NCBI GenBank assembly: GCA_964481235.1
Contig: CAYZYH010000001.1
Location: forward strand, 25,372 to 89,371
Length of the DNA: 64,000 nucleotides
Direction: 5' to 3'
Origin: an uncultured Candidatus Saccharibacteria bacterium
Lineage (GTDB): Bacteria > Patescibacteriota > Saccharimonadia > CAILAD01 > BJGX01
Part shown: in pieces, positions 56,299 to 64,000 of the stretch
Numbering within the stretch: the stretch's first letter is position 1
Layout: the number at the start of each line of letters is the position of its first letter
Program-made: the position numbers and the translations under genes
Notes under the pieces: model-generated
What the model was told of the DNA's origin: nothing
The model's database searches: none
The model's input: only the letters and a program-made list of their open reading frames with translations

Positions 56299-56805
56299 TT
56301 AGTATTTAACTATCGAGAGTAATAAAAATACTAGCGAAAGGGGTACGCCAAAATCCCAAACTAGTATAAGGGTGTTGTTTGGTGCATAGTTTTTATTACG
56401 AATAATTTCTATTAAGTGATTGATGCCAGCCAAAAACAAGAACGATATTACAGGCAGACTAATCGCCACCCAAGCCTCTACTACACCGTAGTAAACAGCA
56501 TAAAAACAACCAAGCGCCAGCCCGAGGCTTACAAAAGCAATCTCGTATTGAAAGCCATTAGTTTTCCAACCAATACTCGCAGCCATTTTCTTGGCTAAAA
56601 CCGAGTGCATAATACTAGAGAACAAAAACACCCAGCCAGCAAAATATAATATCCATTTAATATAACTAACATTGGCCCCCTCGCCCAAAACTGCTCCTGG
56701 TGCCGACATACCACTTAACGCAAACACCCAGGCCAATATGAACATACTGGGTAGTACCAGCGACGATATCTTACTGCCTATGTTATTATTTTTTTTCTTT
56801 GCCAT
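56299..56805 (-). CDS. hypothetical polytopic membrane protein
   Basis: 168 aa, 4-5 TM helices. Confidence 0.5.
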   Translation of the reverse strand: MAKKKNNNIGSKISSLVLPSMFILAWVFALSGMSAPGAVLGEGANVSYIKWILYFAGWVFLFSSIMHSVLAKKMAASIGWKTNGFQYEIAFVSLGLALGCFYAVYYGVVEAWVAISLPVISFLFLAGINHLIEIIRNKNYAPNNTLILVWDFGVPLSLVFLLLSIVKY

Positions 56806-56860
56806 AACTATTACCCTTTTTTAATGCAAGCTTAAGTACTATCATACTCTTTTTGAAAGA

Positions 56861-56882
56861 ATAAATAAATTAAAAACCCCAG
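56861..56882 (-). terminator. intrinsic terminator after the 56899..57402 gene
   Basis: ccccag-taaa-ctgggg, followed on minus by TTTTTA. Confidence 0.5.
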
Positions 56883-56898
56883 TAAACTGGGGCTAAAG

Positions 56899-57402
56899 CT
56901 ATTTATTGTAAGTAGTAATTTTTAAACTTCTTGGTAGAGGCTGATTAGTAAGTGGGTCAAAGTAGCGAAAACAACGACTACACATCACACGATCTGGTAC
57001 TCTAGTCATATCAAAATCAATTGCAATATGTATTACACCGTCTTCATCGAATCTAGAATCTTGAATGGGTTTCCACGATCTTTCCAATATGTGCCCAAGC
57101 TCATCGCAAATCTGCGCAGACTCTTCACCCAACTCCCACGAACATAGCGGGCAAATTCCTTGATTTGACGGGCTATCTTCTCGCAGTTTTATAGACTGAC
57201 CATTTTGCCACTCGTGTCCACCAAAAGGTGTACCACAGGTGGGGCAAGGTAGCCAAAAGTATCCGTTTAGGTTTGCATAAATTTTGTTTCTGGCTCGGCT
57301 AAGACCCCAGCGAATACGTCGTATTTTTTGCTGTAATGTTCTTTCTCTTGAAGTAATAGTATTCTTCACCACTACTACCTTTCGTATTTTTGAAAGTACC
57401 AA
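56899..57402 (-). CDS. hypothetical zinc-finger protein
   Basis: CPTC...CPLC...CSRC cysteine pairs. Confidence 0.45.
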   Translation of the reverse strand: MVLSKIRKVVVVKNTITSRERTLQQKIRRIRWGLSRARNKIYANLNGYFWLPCPTCGTPFGGHEWQNGQSIKLREDSPSNQGICPLCSWELGEESAQICDELGHILERSWKPIQDSRFDEDGVIHIAIDFDMTRVPDRVMCSRCFRYFDPLTNQPLPRSLKITTYNK

Positions 57403-57495
57403 AGAATCTATGAGAATATACTATAAATAAGCACTTTTTGCAAGTATTTATTGGGGTACTGCCAAAAGTTCATAAACATTGCTACAATAATAGTA

Positions 57496-58119
57496 ATGGT
57501 TAAAAAAGACACCAACTCTAAGCAATTTTACTCTACACGCCGGGTAGAAGCATTATCTGACGGGGTATTTGCCATAGCTATGACTCTTCTGGTATTGGGC
57601 CTCAAATTTGGTGAATTTGGCAATGCTAACACCAGCACACAGCTCTGGCAAAACATCACCAATAACTCCACGATGCTAGTAAGTTTTGTGGTAAGTTTTT
57701 TAATGCTTGGTAGTGCATGGTCTGTACACCTACGACAGTTTGAAAAAATAAAACAAGTAGATATGCACCTGGTTGCTATCAACACTCTTAGATTGCTCTT
57801 GGTAGTATTTATGCCCCTTACAGCAAGTATTGCCGGTAATTATAGTAATTTAGTATTGGGCAGAATGCTATTACCTATAAACTATGCTCTAATTACAATA
57901 GTAAGTGCTTGGCAGTGGCGCTATGCTCTATCTACCGACTTTAGTTTTGACGAAAGCCTTACAGATCGCGATATTGCTTATAATAAGGCTCGTAACACTG
58001 CTGCAATGGTTACCTCGCTAATAGTTGTGGGAGGTTCGATATTTATTGGTCAAGCAGCCTTTATGCTGTTTTTTGCAATGCCCCTACTTATACGTGTGTT
58101 CTCACGCGATTTGCGTTAA
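57496..58119 (+). CDS. DUF1211/TMEM175-like membrane protein (putative K+ channel family)
   Basis: RVEALSDGVFAIAMTLLVL signature. The track ORF is N-extended from 57451. Confidence 0.6.
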   Translation: MVKKDTNSKQFYSTRRVEALSDGVFAIAMTLLVLGLKFGEFGNANTSTQLWQNITNNSTMLVSFVVSFLMLGSAWSVHLRQFEKIKQVDMHLVAINTLRLLLVVFMPLTASIAGNYSNLVLGRMLLPINYALITIVSAWQWRYALSTDFSFDESLTDRDIAYNKARNTAAMVTSLIVVGGSIFIGQAAFMLFFAMPLLIRVFSRDLR

Positions 58120-58224
58120 ATTTGCTTGCCTAAATATTACTTGACTATTGTTGTGTTTTAAGCTAAAATATCTGGGTTAGATAGTACCTCGTACAACAAA
58201 ACCACCTACTGTAAAGGGAATTTA

Positions 58225-58695
58225 ATGCGAGCTCGCAAAATTGTTTTGGGTGTAGCACTGGTTATGACCAGTCTGCTCACGCCCTGCCTTAGCACTTGCC
58301 CAGTTAGTGCTCAAACCCCTTCTAGTGCCGAGGCACTGTCTTCGGTGCCAGAAGTACAAGCTGGTCAACACGTAGAAAGAATTGCCTACAACACACCTTT
58401 CTATAAGTTCAGAGTCTATAACGGCGGAATGTATTGTGAAGCCAACGTGCGATTCTGGGTAAGAAATGGTGTTCAGGTAACTACCATGAAGATGGTAGGG
58501 AGTGAGTGCTATCGCCAGCGTATTCGGGCCAACTACGGTAGTGGCTACGAGCGACCTCTTACCGATTTCAACCCTGGTAACAAGCTAAGGGTTGAGACTC
58601 CACTATCTCGTCCGTTTGTTTCTGTACTCTATGGCCTGTGCGTAGTACACCAAACCTCACAAGAGAGAGTTTGTAGCCTTCTAGAGCGCGTCTAA
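58225..58695 (+). CDS. hypothetical secreted Cys-containing protein
   Basis: Signal-peptide-like N-terminus, 6 Cys. Confidence 0.45.
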   Translation: MRARKIVLGVALVMTSLLTPCLSTCPVSAQTPSSAEALSSVPEVQAGQHVERIAYNTPFYKFRVYNGGMYCEANVRFWVRNGVQVTTMKMVGSECYRQRIRANYGSGYERPLTDFNPGNKLRVETPLSRPFVSVLYGLCVVHQTSQERVCSLLERV

Positions 58696-58839
58696 GCCAG
58701 AGAGCTACTTACCCCACAGCCTATCACCACATAAATGGTGATAGGCTGTTTTAATTTCGACTTATAGTATCTTTGGGCTTATAAATATAGTTATATGGTA
58801 TAATATAATCGTAATAATTAAATAGGTTAGGAGTACACT

Positions 58840-59061
58840 ATGGATCTCTTTCAGGCAATTTATTGGGTAATAGCCGGTCTTATTTGGATAGCCATTGCAT
58901 TTTGGCCAGCTCGAGTAGCAGGTCGCAAAGGTCACAGTTTTTGGGGATACTTTATCTTTAGTTTAGTCTTCTTTCCGCTAGCACTTATAGTAGCCTATGT
59001 GGTTAAAGATCAAAGTCACACATCGTCGTCCCATATAGAATCGGTAGATACTGTAGAGTAA
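58840..59061 (+). CDS. small hypothetical membrane protein (73 aa)
   Basis: RBS AGGAG 8 nt upstream, two TM helices. Confidence 0.45.
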   Translation: MDLFQAIYWVIAGLIWIAIAFWPARVAGRKGHSFWGYFIFSLVFFPLALIVAYVVKDQSHTSSSHIESVDTVE

Positions 59062-59067
59062 AAGGCT

Positions 59068-59595
59068 TTAAAGCTTAGCGGTTCCTTCAATTCGCTCACT
59101 TATTTCAGAGGGAAACATATTGTCTGCTACTAAAGAGCTAGCATTATGCCAGGCTGGGTTATAACTACCTGAAACGGCTACGTCGCGCTCAGCCTCTGGC
59201 CCACCAATAGTTAGATCTATTAATTCATGGCGCGCATAGCCTAAGTAAAAAAACTCCCCTTCATGCTCAATCACTGAGCCAGTAAGTACGACATTGTCTT
59301 TACCCAGACCTAGTTCTTCATTTAACTCGCGCCAAATGCCGTCTATAGCACTAATATCTGACTCTTCTAGGCCACCACCAGGGTATACAACGTAAGGATC
59401 TCGACCTGGGCGAACTCGATCTATGCCTAATACTTTGTTGCCATCTTGACTATAAATAATAGCCCTACATCTGTCGGGTCTAGTAGTGGTGGCATCGGGA
59501 ATGAAGGCATATTTTTCTTGTAATCTCAAAAGTGTCGCTGGAACACTCTCTGCTCTTGGTTCTATCTCTCTTGGTTCATTTCTTGGTTCGTTCAC
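59068..59595 (-). CDS. Nudix hydrolase
   Basis: Nudix box GGGLEESDISAIDGIWRELNEELGL. Confidence 0.75.
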   Translation of the reverse strand: MNEPRNEPREIEPRAESVPATLLRLQEKYAFIPDATTTRPDRCRAIIYSQDGNKVLGIDRVRPGRDPYVVYPGGGLEESDISAIDGIWRELNEELGLGKDNVVLTGSVIEHEGEFFYLGYARHELIDLTIGGPEAERDVAVSGSYNPAWHNASSLVADNMFPSEISERIEGTAKL

Positions 59596-60799
59596 GGGTT
59601 ACCTTTACATGTTTTACTATTTTATTAGCAGTCTGTTCTATTGTACCAGAGTTATTCACCACAATGTCGGCGTGTTGTTGATACTGAGCCAACCCTTGCT
59701 GCAGTTTAGTTTTATCTTTCTTTTGTTGCTGGCGTTTAAGCTTTATTGGGTTTAGATGAGCAAACTGCTTAGTATTTCGCTCAGATCTTTGCTTATCAGA
59801 TAGAGTAAGTAGTGTTGGCACCCAGCGCTCCCCCAAAATTAGCTTGAGAGCTATACTAATATCCACTCCATGCAAACTTTCTAGTGTGGCCCTATCTATA
59901 TGCCTGTTGGTTGCCAAAAAATGAGTAATTGTAAGGGCGGTTTTTGATGGTTTAGCATAGGCTTTTTGGTAGTCACGAGTATGTTCGTTAAAAAAGCCGA
60001 CCTTAAGTCTAGTAAACGAATAATTGTCCTGCAAAAACTGAGCTACTGTGCCCTTGCCAGTTTCGCTTAGGCCGGCTAGGCCAACAATAACTGGGTTGTT
60101 AGCAAATAGTGGTGGAATGTTATGTTTTGTTACTTGTTGACGAATAGAGTTTTGTACTTCAATAGCCGGGCAATCAACTAAAACGGTAATATTGTTTGTG
60201 TGTTGATCTATTAAGATTTTTTCTAGATTTTTTTGATAAGTTGCATATAGTCTGTTCTGTTTTAGGCTAAAACTTCTACCTTCGCTTCGAGCTGAGCGTA
60301 ACACTTGGTTGTAGCACTCTATTTTTTTTTGCCAAGGAGTGCAAGGCTTTAAGAATATTTCTATTCTACTGCCAAGAGGGGTAACGGCTAGGTCATTTTT
60401 AATCTTTTTATCGACTGCTTTGGCGATTTTGTTTAGCGCTAGAGTATCTTTTGGTCTTTTACGCTCGCGTGTCAAAAAAGTTGCAATAAGTTGAGCCCGC
60501 AACATTCCCGCACCTCTCTCTACAACCGCCACATCTAAATTTGTTGCCAGCAAAACCTTAGTTAGTCGGTTGTTGTAAGCGTCTATAAGTGCCTCGCACA
60601 GTTCACTGAAGGTAGATTTTACAAACCACCATTCAAAGAATTCTTTTGGGCTTAAATTGTCTGGTATCTTTTTTGAATAACCTGTAAACGAACCAAAGTT
60701 GTGTACATGAATACCTTGTGTCTCATAGGTCAATAGCTCGGCTTGTGTAGATTTACCTACAAAATCTGGGCCAGATATCTCGATAATTGTTTTTGTCAT
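59576..60799 (-). CDS. tandem P-loop kinase-like protein (thymidylate-kinase-like N-domain; dephospho-CoA-kinase/cytidylate-kinase-like C-domain)
   Basis: Start chosen at MTKTIIEISGPDFVGKSTQ (Tmk-like P-loop). Second P-loop VGLAGLSETGKGT. CoaE/Cmk-like tail DIVVNNSGTIEQ. Confidence 0.4.
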   Translation of the reverse strand: MTKTIIEISGPDFVGKSTQAELLTYETQGIHVHNFGSFTGYSKKIPDNLSPKEFFEWWFVKSTFSELCEALIDAYNNRLTKVLLATNLDVAVVERGAGMLRAQLIATFLTRERKRPKDTLALNKIAKAVDKKIKNDLAVTPLGSRIEIFLKPCTPWQKKIECYNQVLRSARSEGRSFSLKQNRLYATYQKNLEKILIDQHTNNITVLVDCPAIEVQNSIRQQVTKHNIPPLFANNPVIVGLAGLSETGKGTVAQFLQDNYSFTRLKVGFFNEHTRDYQKAYAKPSKTALTITHFLATNRHIDRATLESLHGVDISIALKLILGERWVPTLLTLSDKQRSERNTKQFAHLNPIKLKRQQQKKDKTKLQQGLAQYQQHADIVVNNSGTIEQTANKIVKHVKVTRERTKK

Positions 60800-60839
60800 G
60801 TTGAAAATTGTTATATTGTGCGATATTATACTATTTATT

Positions 60840-61811
60840 ATGTACCATGTAAAGCCTAACAAAGATAACATAGTATTAAAACAATTTAAGACACGCGCCC
60901 ACTATGACCTTGAAATAGATGGCTATAACTTTATTCAACAATACTATACAAAGATACCTCGTCGTATCCGAACAAATAGTAAAAAGTTGAAAATTGAGTA
61001 TGAAGATGTGGGTAAAAATTGTTCTACCCTAGGTGAAGCACTTGATAAAAATCTAATGATAGATATGAGCAAAACTTGGCAAGAGCTAGCTTTACTCGCC
61101 AACAAAAGCTGGTCACATACCCATGCCCGGGGTGGCACGCAATTATTCTACATAGATAGGCTTTCAAGAATTCACGATGCGAAGCTAGCCTTACTTACAA
61201 ACTATCAATTACCAAAACTTGATAATTATGAGGCAAAGATTGAACCAACTTTCTTCTCAGATTTAGGTAAAAAAATACAAGAATTACAATATGGTATTTG
61301 TGTACCATCGCAAGGAGATCTACACGAACGCAATATTTTTACTAACGGTGTGATAGTAGATTTTGAAGGGGCTGGCTTTAATAATATTGCCACCGACATA
61401 GCAACATTCGTCTGGCACACAATATTTGCTGGTAGTTACTTTGGGCCTCAATACGCCAAGTGGGCAACTACTAAAACATCTAAAAAGATAACAGTGGGAC
61501 CAAAATGCTTCTCTATTTTTGGCAATACCATTAATATAAACATTGGTATAAACCGGCAAGAACTAATTTTGCAGTTTATTTACCAATACATTAATAGGCT
61601 TAACCTTGCAGACCAAGAGAAATACTTAGATCAAGTTTGTTTAGCTATTGCTTTTCGTATTCTCACAACTTTTCAATTGAGTACAATGAGCGAAGAGGAT
61701 CAAAAAATGTCACTAGTTTTTGCACACTTGTTTGCTAACACACAATTTTCACTCTGGGAAAAACTAAGGTTCTTTTTGAATTCTAGTGAAGATTTAAAGA
61801 CATCACTCTAG
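60840..61811 (+). CDS. phosphotransferase-family (APH/choline-kinase-like) small-molecule kinase
   Basis: GDLHERNIF (Brenner H..D....N motif) and DFEGAG (DFG-like). Start taken at the internal Met to avoid a divergent overlap. Confidence 0.55.
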   Translation: MYHVKPNKDNIVLKQFKTRAHYDLEIDGYNFIQQYYTKIPRRIRTNSKKLKIEYEDVGKNCSTLGEALDKNLMIDMSKTWQELALLANKSWSHTHARGGTQLFYIDRLSRIHDAKLALLTNYQLPKLDNYEAKIEPTFFSDLGKKIQELQYGICVPSQGDLHERNIFTNGVIVDFEGAGFNNIATDIATFVWHTIFAGSYFGPQYAKWATTKTSKKITVGPKCFSIFGNTININIGINRQELILQFIYQYINRLNLADQEKYLDQVCLAIAFRILTTFQLSTMSEEDQKMSLVFAHLFANTQFSLWEKLRFFLNSSEDLKTSL

Positions 61812-62451
61812 CAATAACTTCTACCAACTGACTATCGCTATATTTGCGAATGTTATTTTTTATACTCATAAGTGAGTCTCGAATATCTTCCATATACTCT
61901 TTCTCTTCAATAGTGTTACTAGCCTGAGCATAGACTTTGCATAATATATAAGCCAGTTTTATCAACTTACGTCTTTCACCATAACTAGCCGGATGCGATA
62001 GTCTTACTAGTTGTTTAATAGTAAGGGCTTTTAGCTTATGAAAATCTAACACTGAAAACTTTCGAATTGTATCTAGACTAAGTATGGGTATGGCGCAATT
62101 AGAACTTAGCAAGGTATTGTGCTTATTTGAATCTATACAGGCCTGTACAGCTTTTCCATCTAGATACATATAGCTATTTTTTAAGTCTTTTATTGTGCTG
62201 TACTCAACGGCTGTATTACTACATTGCAAACCAAGTCTTTTTTCTAGTGCAATGCGTAATTCAGCCAAGATTCTGTAGCTATTTTGGTCTAAATTTTTTA
62301 CTATAACCACATAGTCGATATCGGAATCGCGATCTAGGGTATGGCTAGCAGCGCTACCACACAAAACAATACCGGCTAGATTTTTACCTAGCTCTTTATA
62401 GTGCTCTGAGTATATTACTTTTAAAAATTCTTGGGGTATTAGATTGTACAC
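61783..62451 (-). CDS. Pol-beta-superfamily nucleotidyltransferase (KNTase/ANT-like)
   Basis: GIVLCGSAASHTLDRDSDIDYVVIV GS...D.D motif, helical C-domain. Convergent 29-nt overlap with the kinase gene. Confidence 0.55.
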   Translation of the reverse strand: MYNLIPQEFLKVIYSEHYKELGKNLAGIVLCGSAASHTLDRDSDIDYVVIVKNLDQNSYRILAELRIALEKRLGLQCSNTAVEYSTIKDLKNSYMYLDGKAVQACIDSNKHNTLLSSNCAIPILSLDTIRKFSVLDFHKLKALTIKQLVRLSHPASYGERRKLIKLAYILCKVYAQASNTIEEKEYMEDIRDSLMSIKNNIRKYSDSQLVEVIARVMSLNLH

Positions 62452-62614
62452 TTTTTTACTAGGCTTGACGGTTATGTGTTGGTATTTATTATACTACTTA
62501 TCGCTACTTAGGGCATAGTTTGTACAAATACTTTAAGACCACACATACTTATTAATAATATAAAGTAGTAATTATATAAAATATCCCTTGCGCAATTCGC
62601 AAAGGATAGTTAAT

Positions 62615-62812
62615 TTATTGTTGTAACTTAAGACCTCTTTTGGCTATTTCCTCTGTTAGTGCGCGCTCATATGCTGCTCTAGTAGAGGTCCAGCCCGGAT
62701 TATTCTTTCCAGTTTTTTTTAGATTGATCAATTCTTGATCGCTTAACTTAGCAAACCCAGCTTGGTATTCTAGGTAACTTTGTTGTGGGTTGGTAGCTTT
62801 AGAACCTGTCAC
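62615..62812 (-). CDS. small hypothetical protein (65 aa)
   Basis: ORF only. Terminator-like palindrome downstream at about 62880-62905. Confidence 0.3.
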   Translation of the reverse strand: MTGSKATNPQQSYLEYQAGFAKLSDQELINLKKTGKNNPGWTSTRAAYERALTEEIAKRGLKLQQ

Positions 62813-62936
62813 GCCCTGCCCTCTCCAGTTATAAATCGCTAGTTTTTGTATTATATCACTTTTTATAAGTAAAAGGCCCCAACAATTGTTGAAGCCTTTT
62901 TAAGTTTAATTTACTTTAGTATCTAGTAGGTACTAA

Positions 62937-64000
62937 CTAGTCTTCGTCGGTTGACGGTGCTTCATCGCTCGGCTCAGCCGAGGCTTCTGCACTATCTACT
63001 GCAACATCAGAGGCAACTTCGGGCGAACCCAAGCCGTTGCCGTTAACCATCTTATCTACACCTAGGGTCATGAGGGTATTTAGAAGGCCAGAGCCCACCG
63101 AGTCACCACCAACCTGGATTTGCGGGGTGAGTACCACTCCGCCCTTACCGATCTGCTCAAGAGCAGCAACCAAACCAGTCTGCTGCCGGCCAATGGCCTG
63201 CTGCTGGGCATCGAAGCCCTTGGCAACAGCAAGACCCTTGGCCTCGGTGGCCGTGGCTTCTGCCAGACCAGTGGCCTGAATAGCAGCAGCCTCAGCTTCA
63301 CCTGTCAGCTTGGTCACATCGGCAGCTGCCTGACCCTTGGCACGCGCAACTGCAGCATCACCTTCAGCCTGGGCAACCGCGGCTTCTGCCTCGGCACCCT
63401 TGACCTCGATACTAACCTTAGCACGGGCCAGATCGGCCTGAGCATCGGCCACACCGCGCTGGTTCTCTAGGGCAATACGAGCCTGTTCAGCAATCTGCTG
63501 GCTCTCGTACGTCGCCTTCTGCTGGGCCGCAATCTCTCGCGTCGTCAGCACCTCGACCAACTCAGCCGGGAAGATGACGTCCTGAATGTACACACCCCGG
63601 ACCTCTACCTGGTATCGTGTGAGATAGGTAGTGACGTACGATTCGGCCTGAGCCTGAACTTCGTCACGCTTCTGAATGAACTCGGCGGCGCCGAGCGACT
63701 GCAGCTTGTTACGGAAGTAGTTGCCCACCGCCGACTGCAGAACCTCATTAACCAGGTTCTGCATGGTTCCCACCATGCTGATGACCTTCGGCGCCCGGGT
63801 GTCGGGCACGTGAATCTGCACCTGTAGGTCAATGCTAAAGTCAAACGCTTCCTTGCTCTTGGCGTCGATCGACGACAGTCGGCCGTCGAGATCGTGCGCA
63901 TCACTGGTCGCGTTGGCCCAGTTGAGCGTCAAAATAGACGTTGGCACAATCTCGGCCTCGTAGATGCGCGGGTTTAGGGTGTACTTGCCGGTACGCAGAG
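62937..64000 (-). CDS. SPFH/Band-7 flotillin-like protein (partial; N-terminus beyond the window end), GC-rich
   Basis: Frame stays open upstream of the track start (GTG 63947) to position 64000. Flotillin-type Ala/Glu repeats (AEAEAAVAQAEGDAAVARAKGQAAAD...). Acidic Ser/Asp tail. Confidence 0.6.
   Translation of the reverse strand, partial: LRTGKYTLNPRIYEAEIVPTSILTLNWANATSDAHDLDGRLSSIDAKSKEAFDFSIDLQVQIHVPDTRAPKVISMVGTMQNLVNEVLQSAVGNYFRNKLQSLGAAEFIQKRDEVQAQAESYVTTYLTRYQVEVRGVYIQDVIFPAELVEVLTTREIAAQQKATYESQQIAEQARIALENQRGVADAQADLARAKVSIEVKGAEAEAAVAQAEGDAAVARAKGQAAADVTKLTGEAEAAAIQATGLAEATATEAKGLAVAKGFDAQQQAIGRQQTGLVAALEQIGKGGVVLTPQIQVGGDSVGSGLLNTLMTLGVDKMVNGNGLGSPEVASDVAVDSAEASAEPSDEAPSTDED

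Noticed and set aside
62880-62905. Palindrome ggccccaacaattgttgaagcc downstream of the flotillin gene
   Set aside because: A terminator is plausible (T-run on the minus strand), but the stem has a mismatch and a weak T-tract. Left out of the feature table because support is too weak, though noted in passing in the 62615..62812 feature evidence.
63037-63904. ORFs 63037..63279, 63080..63301, 63120..63470, 63605..63904
   Set aside because: High GC suppresses stop codons in all frames. All overlap the flotillin-like frame, which has the recognisable domain.
1-64000. Scan for CRISPR arrays, tRNA/rRNA genes, integrases, transposases and IS inverted repeats
   Set aside because: No spaced direct repeats, no cloverleaf-compatible segments in intergenic regions, and no recombinase-like ORFs were found. 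The only notable direct repeats are the promoter motif and the 15-mer gene remnant reported above.

Overview
This is a dense, mostly minus-strand chromosomal segment, about 40-45% GC by eye, with a few visibly GC-richer islands. It looks like a small-genome monoderm bacterium. The gene content (Rpf-like and LCP cell-wall proteins, a heliorhodopsin-like 7TM protein, many small membrane proteins, little biosynthesis) is consistent with Patescibacteria/Saccharibacteria; that placement is inference only.

The core is housekeeping: lysS, greA, a mrdA-mreD-mreC-mreB block, a CPBP protease, rseP, uppS, frr, tsf, rpsB, pyrF-pyrE, rpmE-prfA-prmC, lepB, parAB, rplU, trxB and typA. Between these sit accessory loci.

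The best candidate for an undescribed system is a three-gene minus-strand locus at 19.9-23.2 kb:
- a wHTH/coiled-coil regulator with its own consensus promoter and a perfect 7-1-7 palindrome;
- an intrinsic terminator upstream of it;
- then a two-gene operon under a second consensus promoter: an unknown 261-aa protein plus a 555-aa HSP90/MORC-type GHKL ATPase with a Gly-rich linker and an unknown C-terminal domain.

Other points of interest:
- an Rpf-like transglycosylase behind a perfect sigma70 promoter and a structured leader of about 100-125 nt;
- a complete promoter/RBS/terminator unit for a 32-aa three-Cys peptide;
- a second transglycosylase-like operon;
- a heliorhodopsin-like gene;
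- a Nudix-LMW-PTP fusion;
- an A6-tract frameshifted membrane protein with a paralog remnant;
- a Nudix / tandem P-loop kinase / APH-like kinase / nucleotidyltransferase cluster;
- a GC-rich partial flotillin gene at the window edge.

No tRNA, rRNA, CRISPR, integrase or transposase was recognised.
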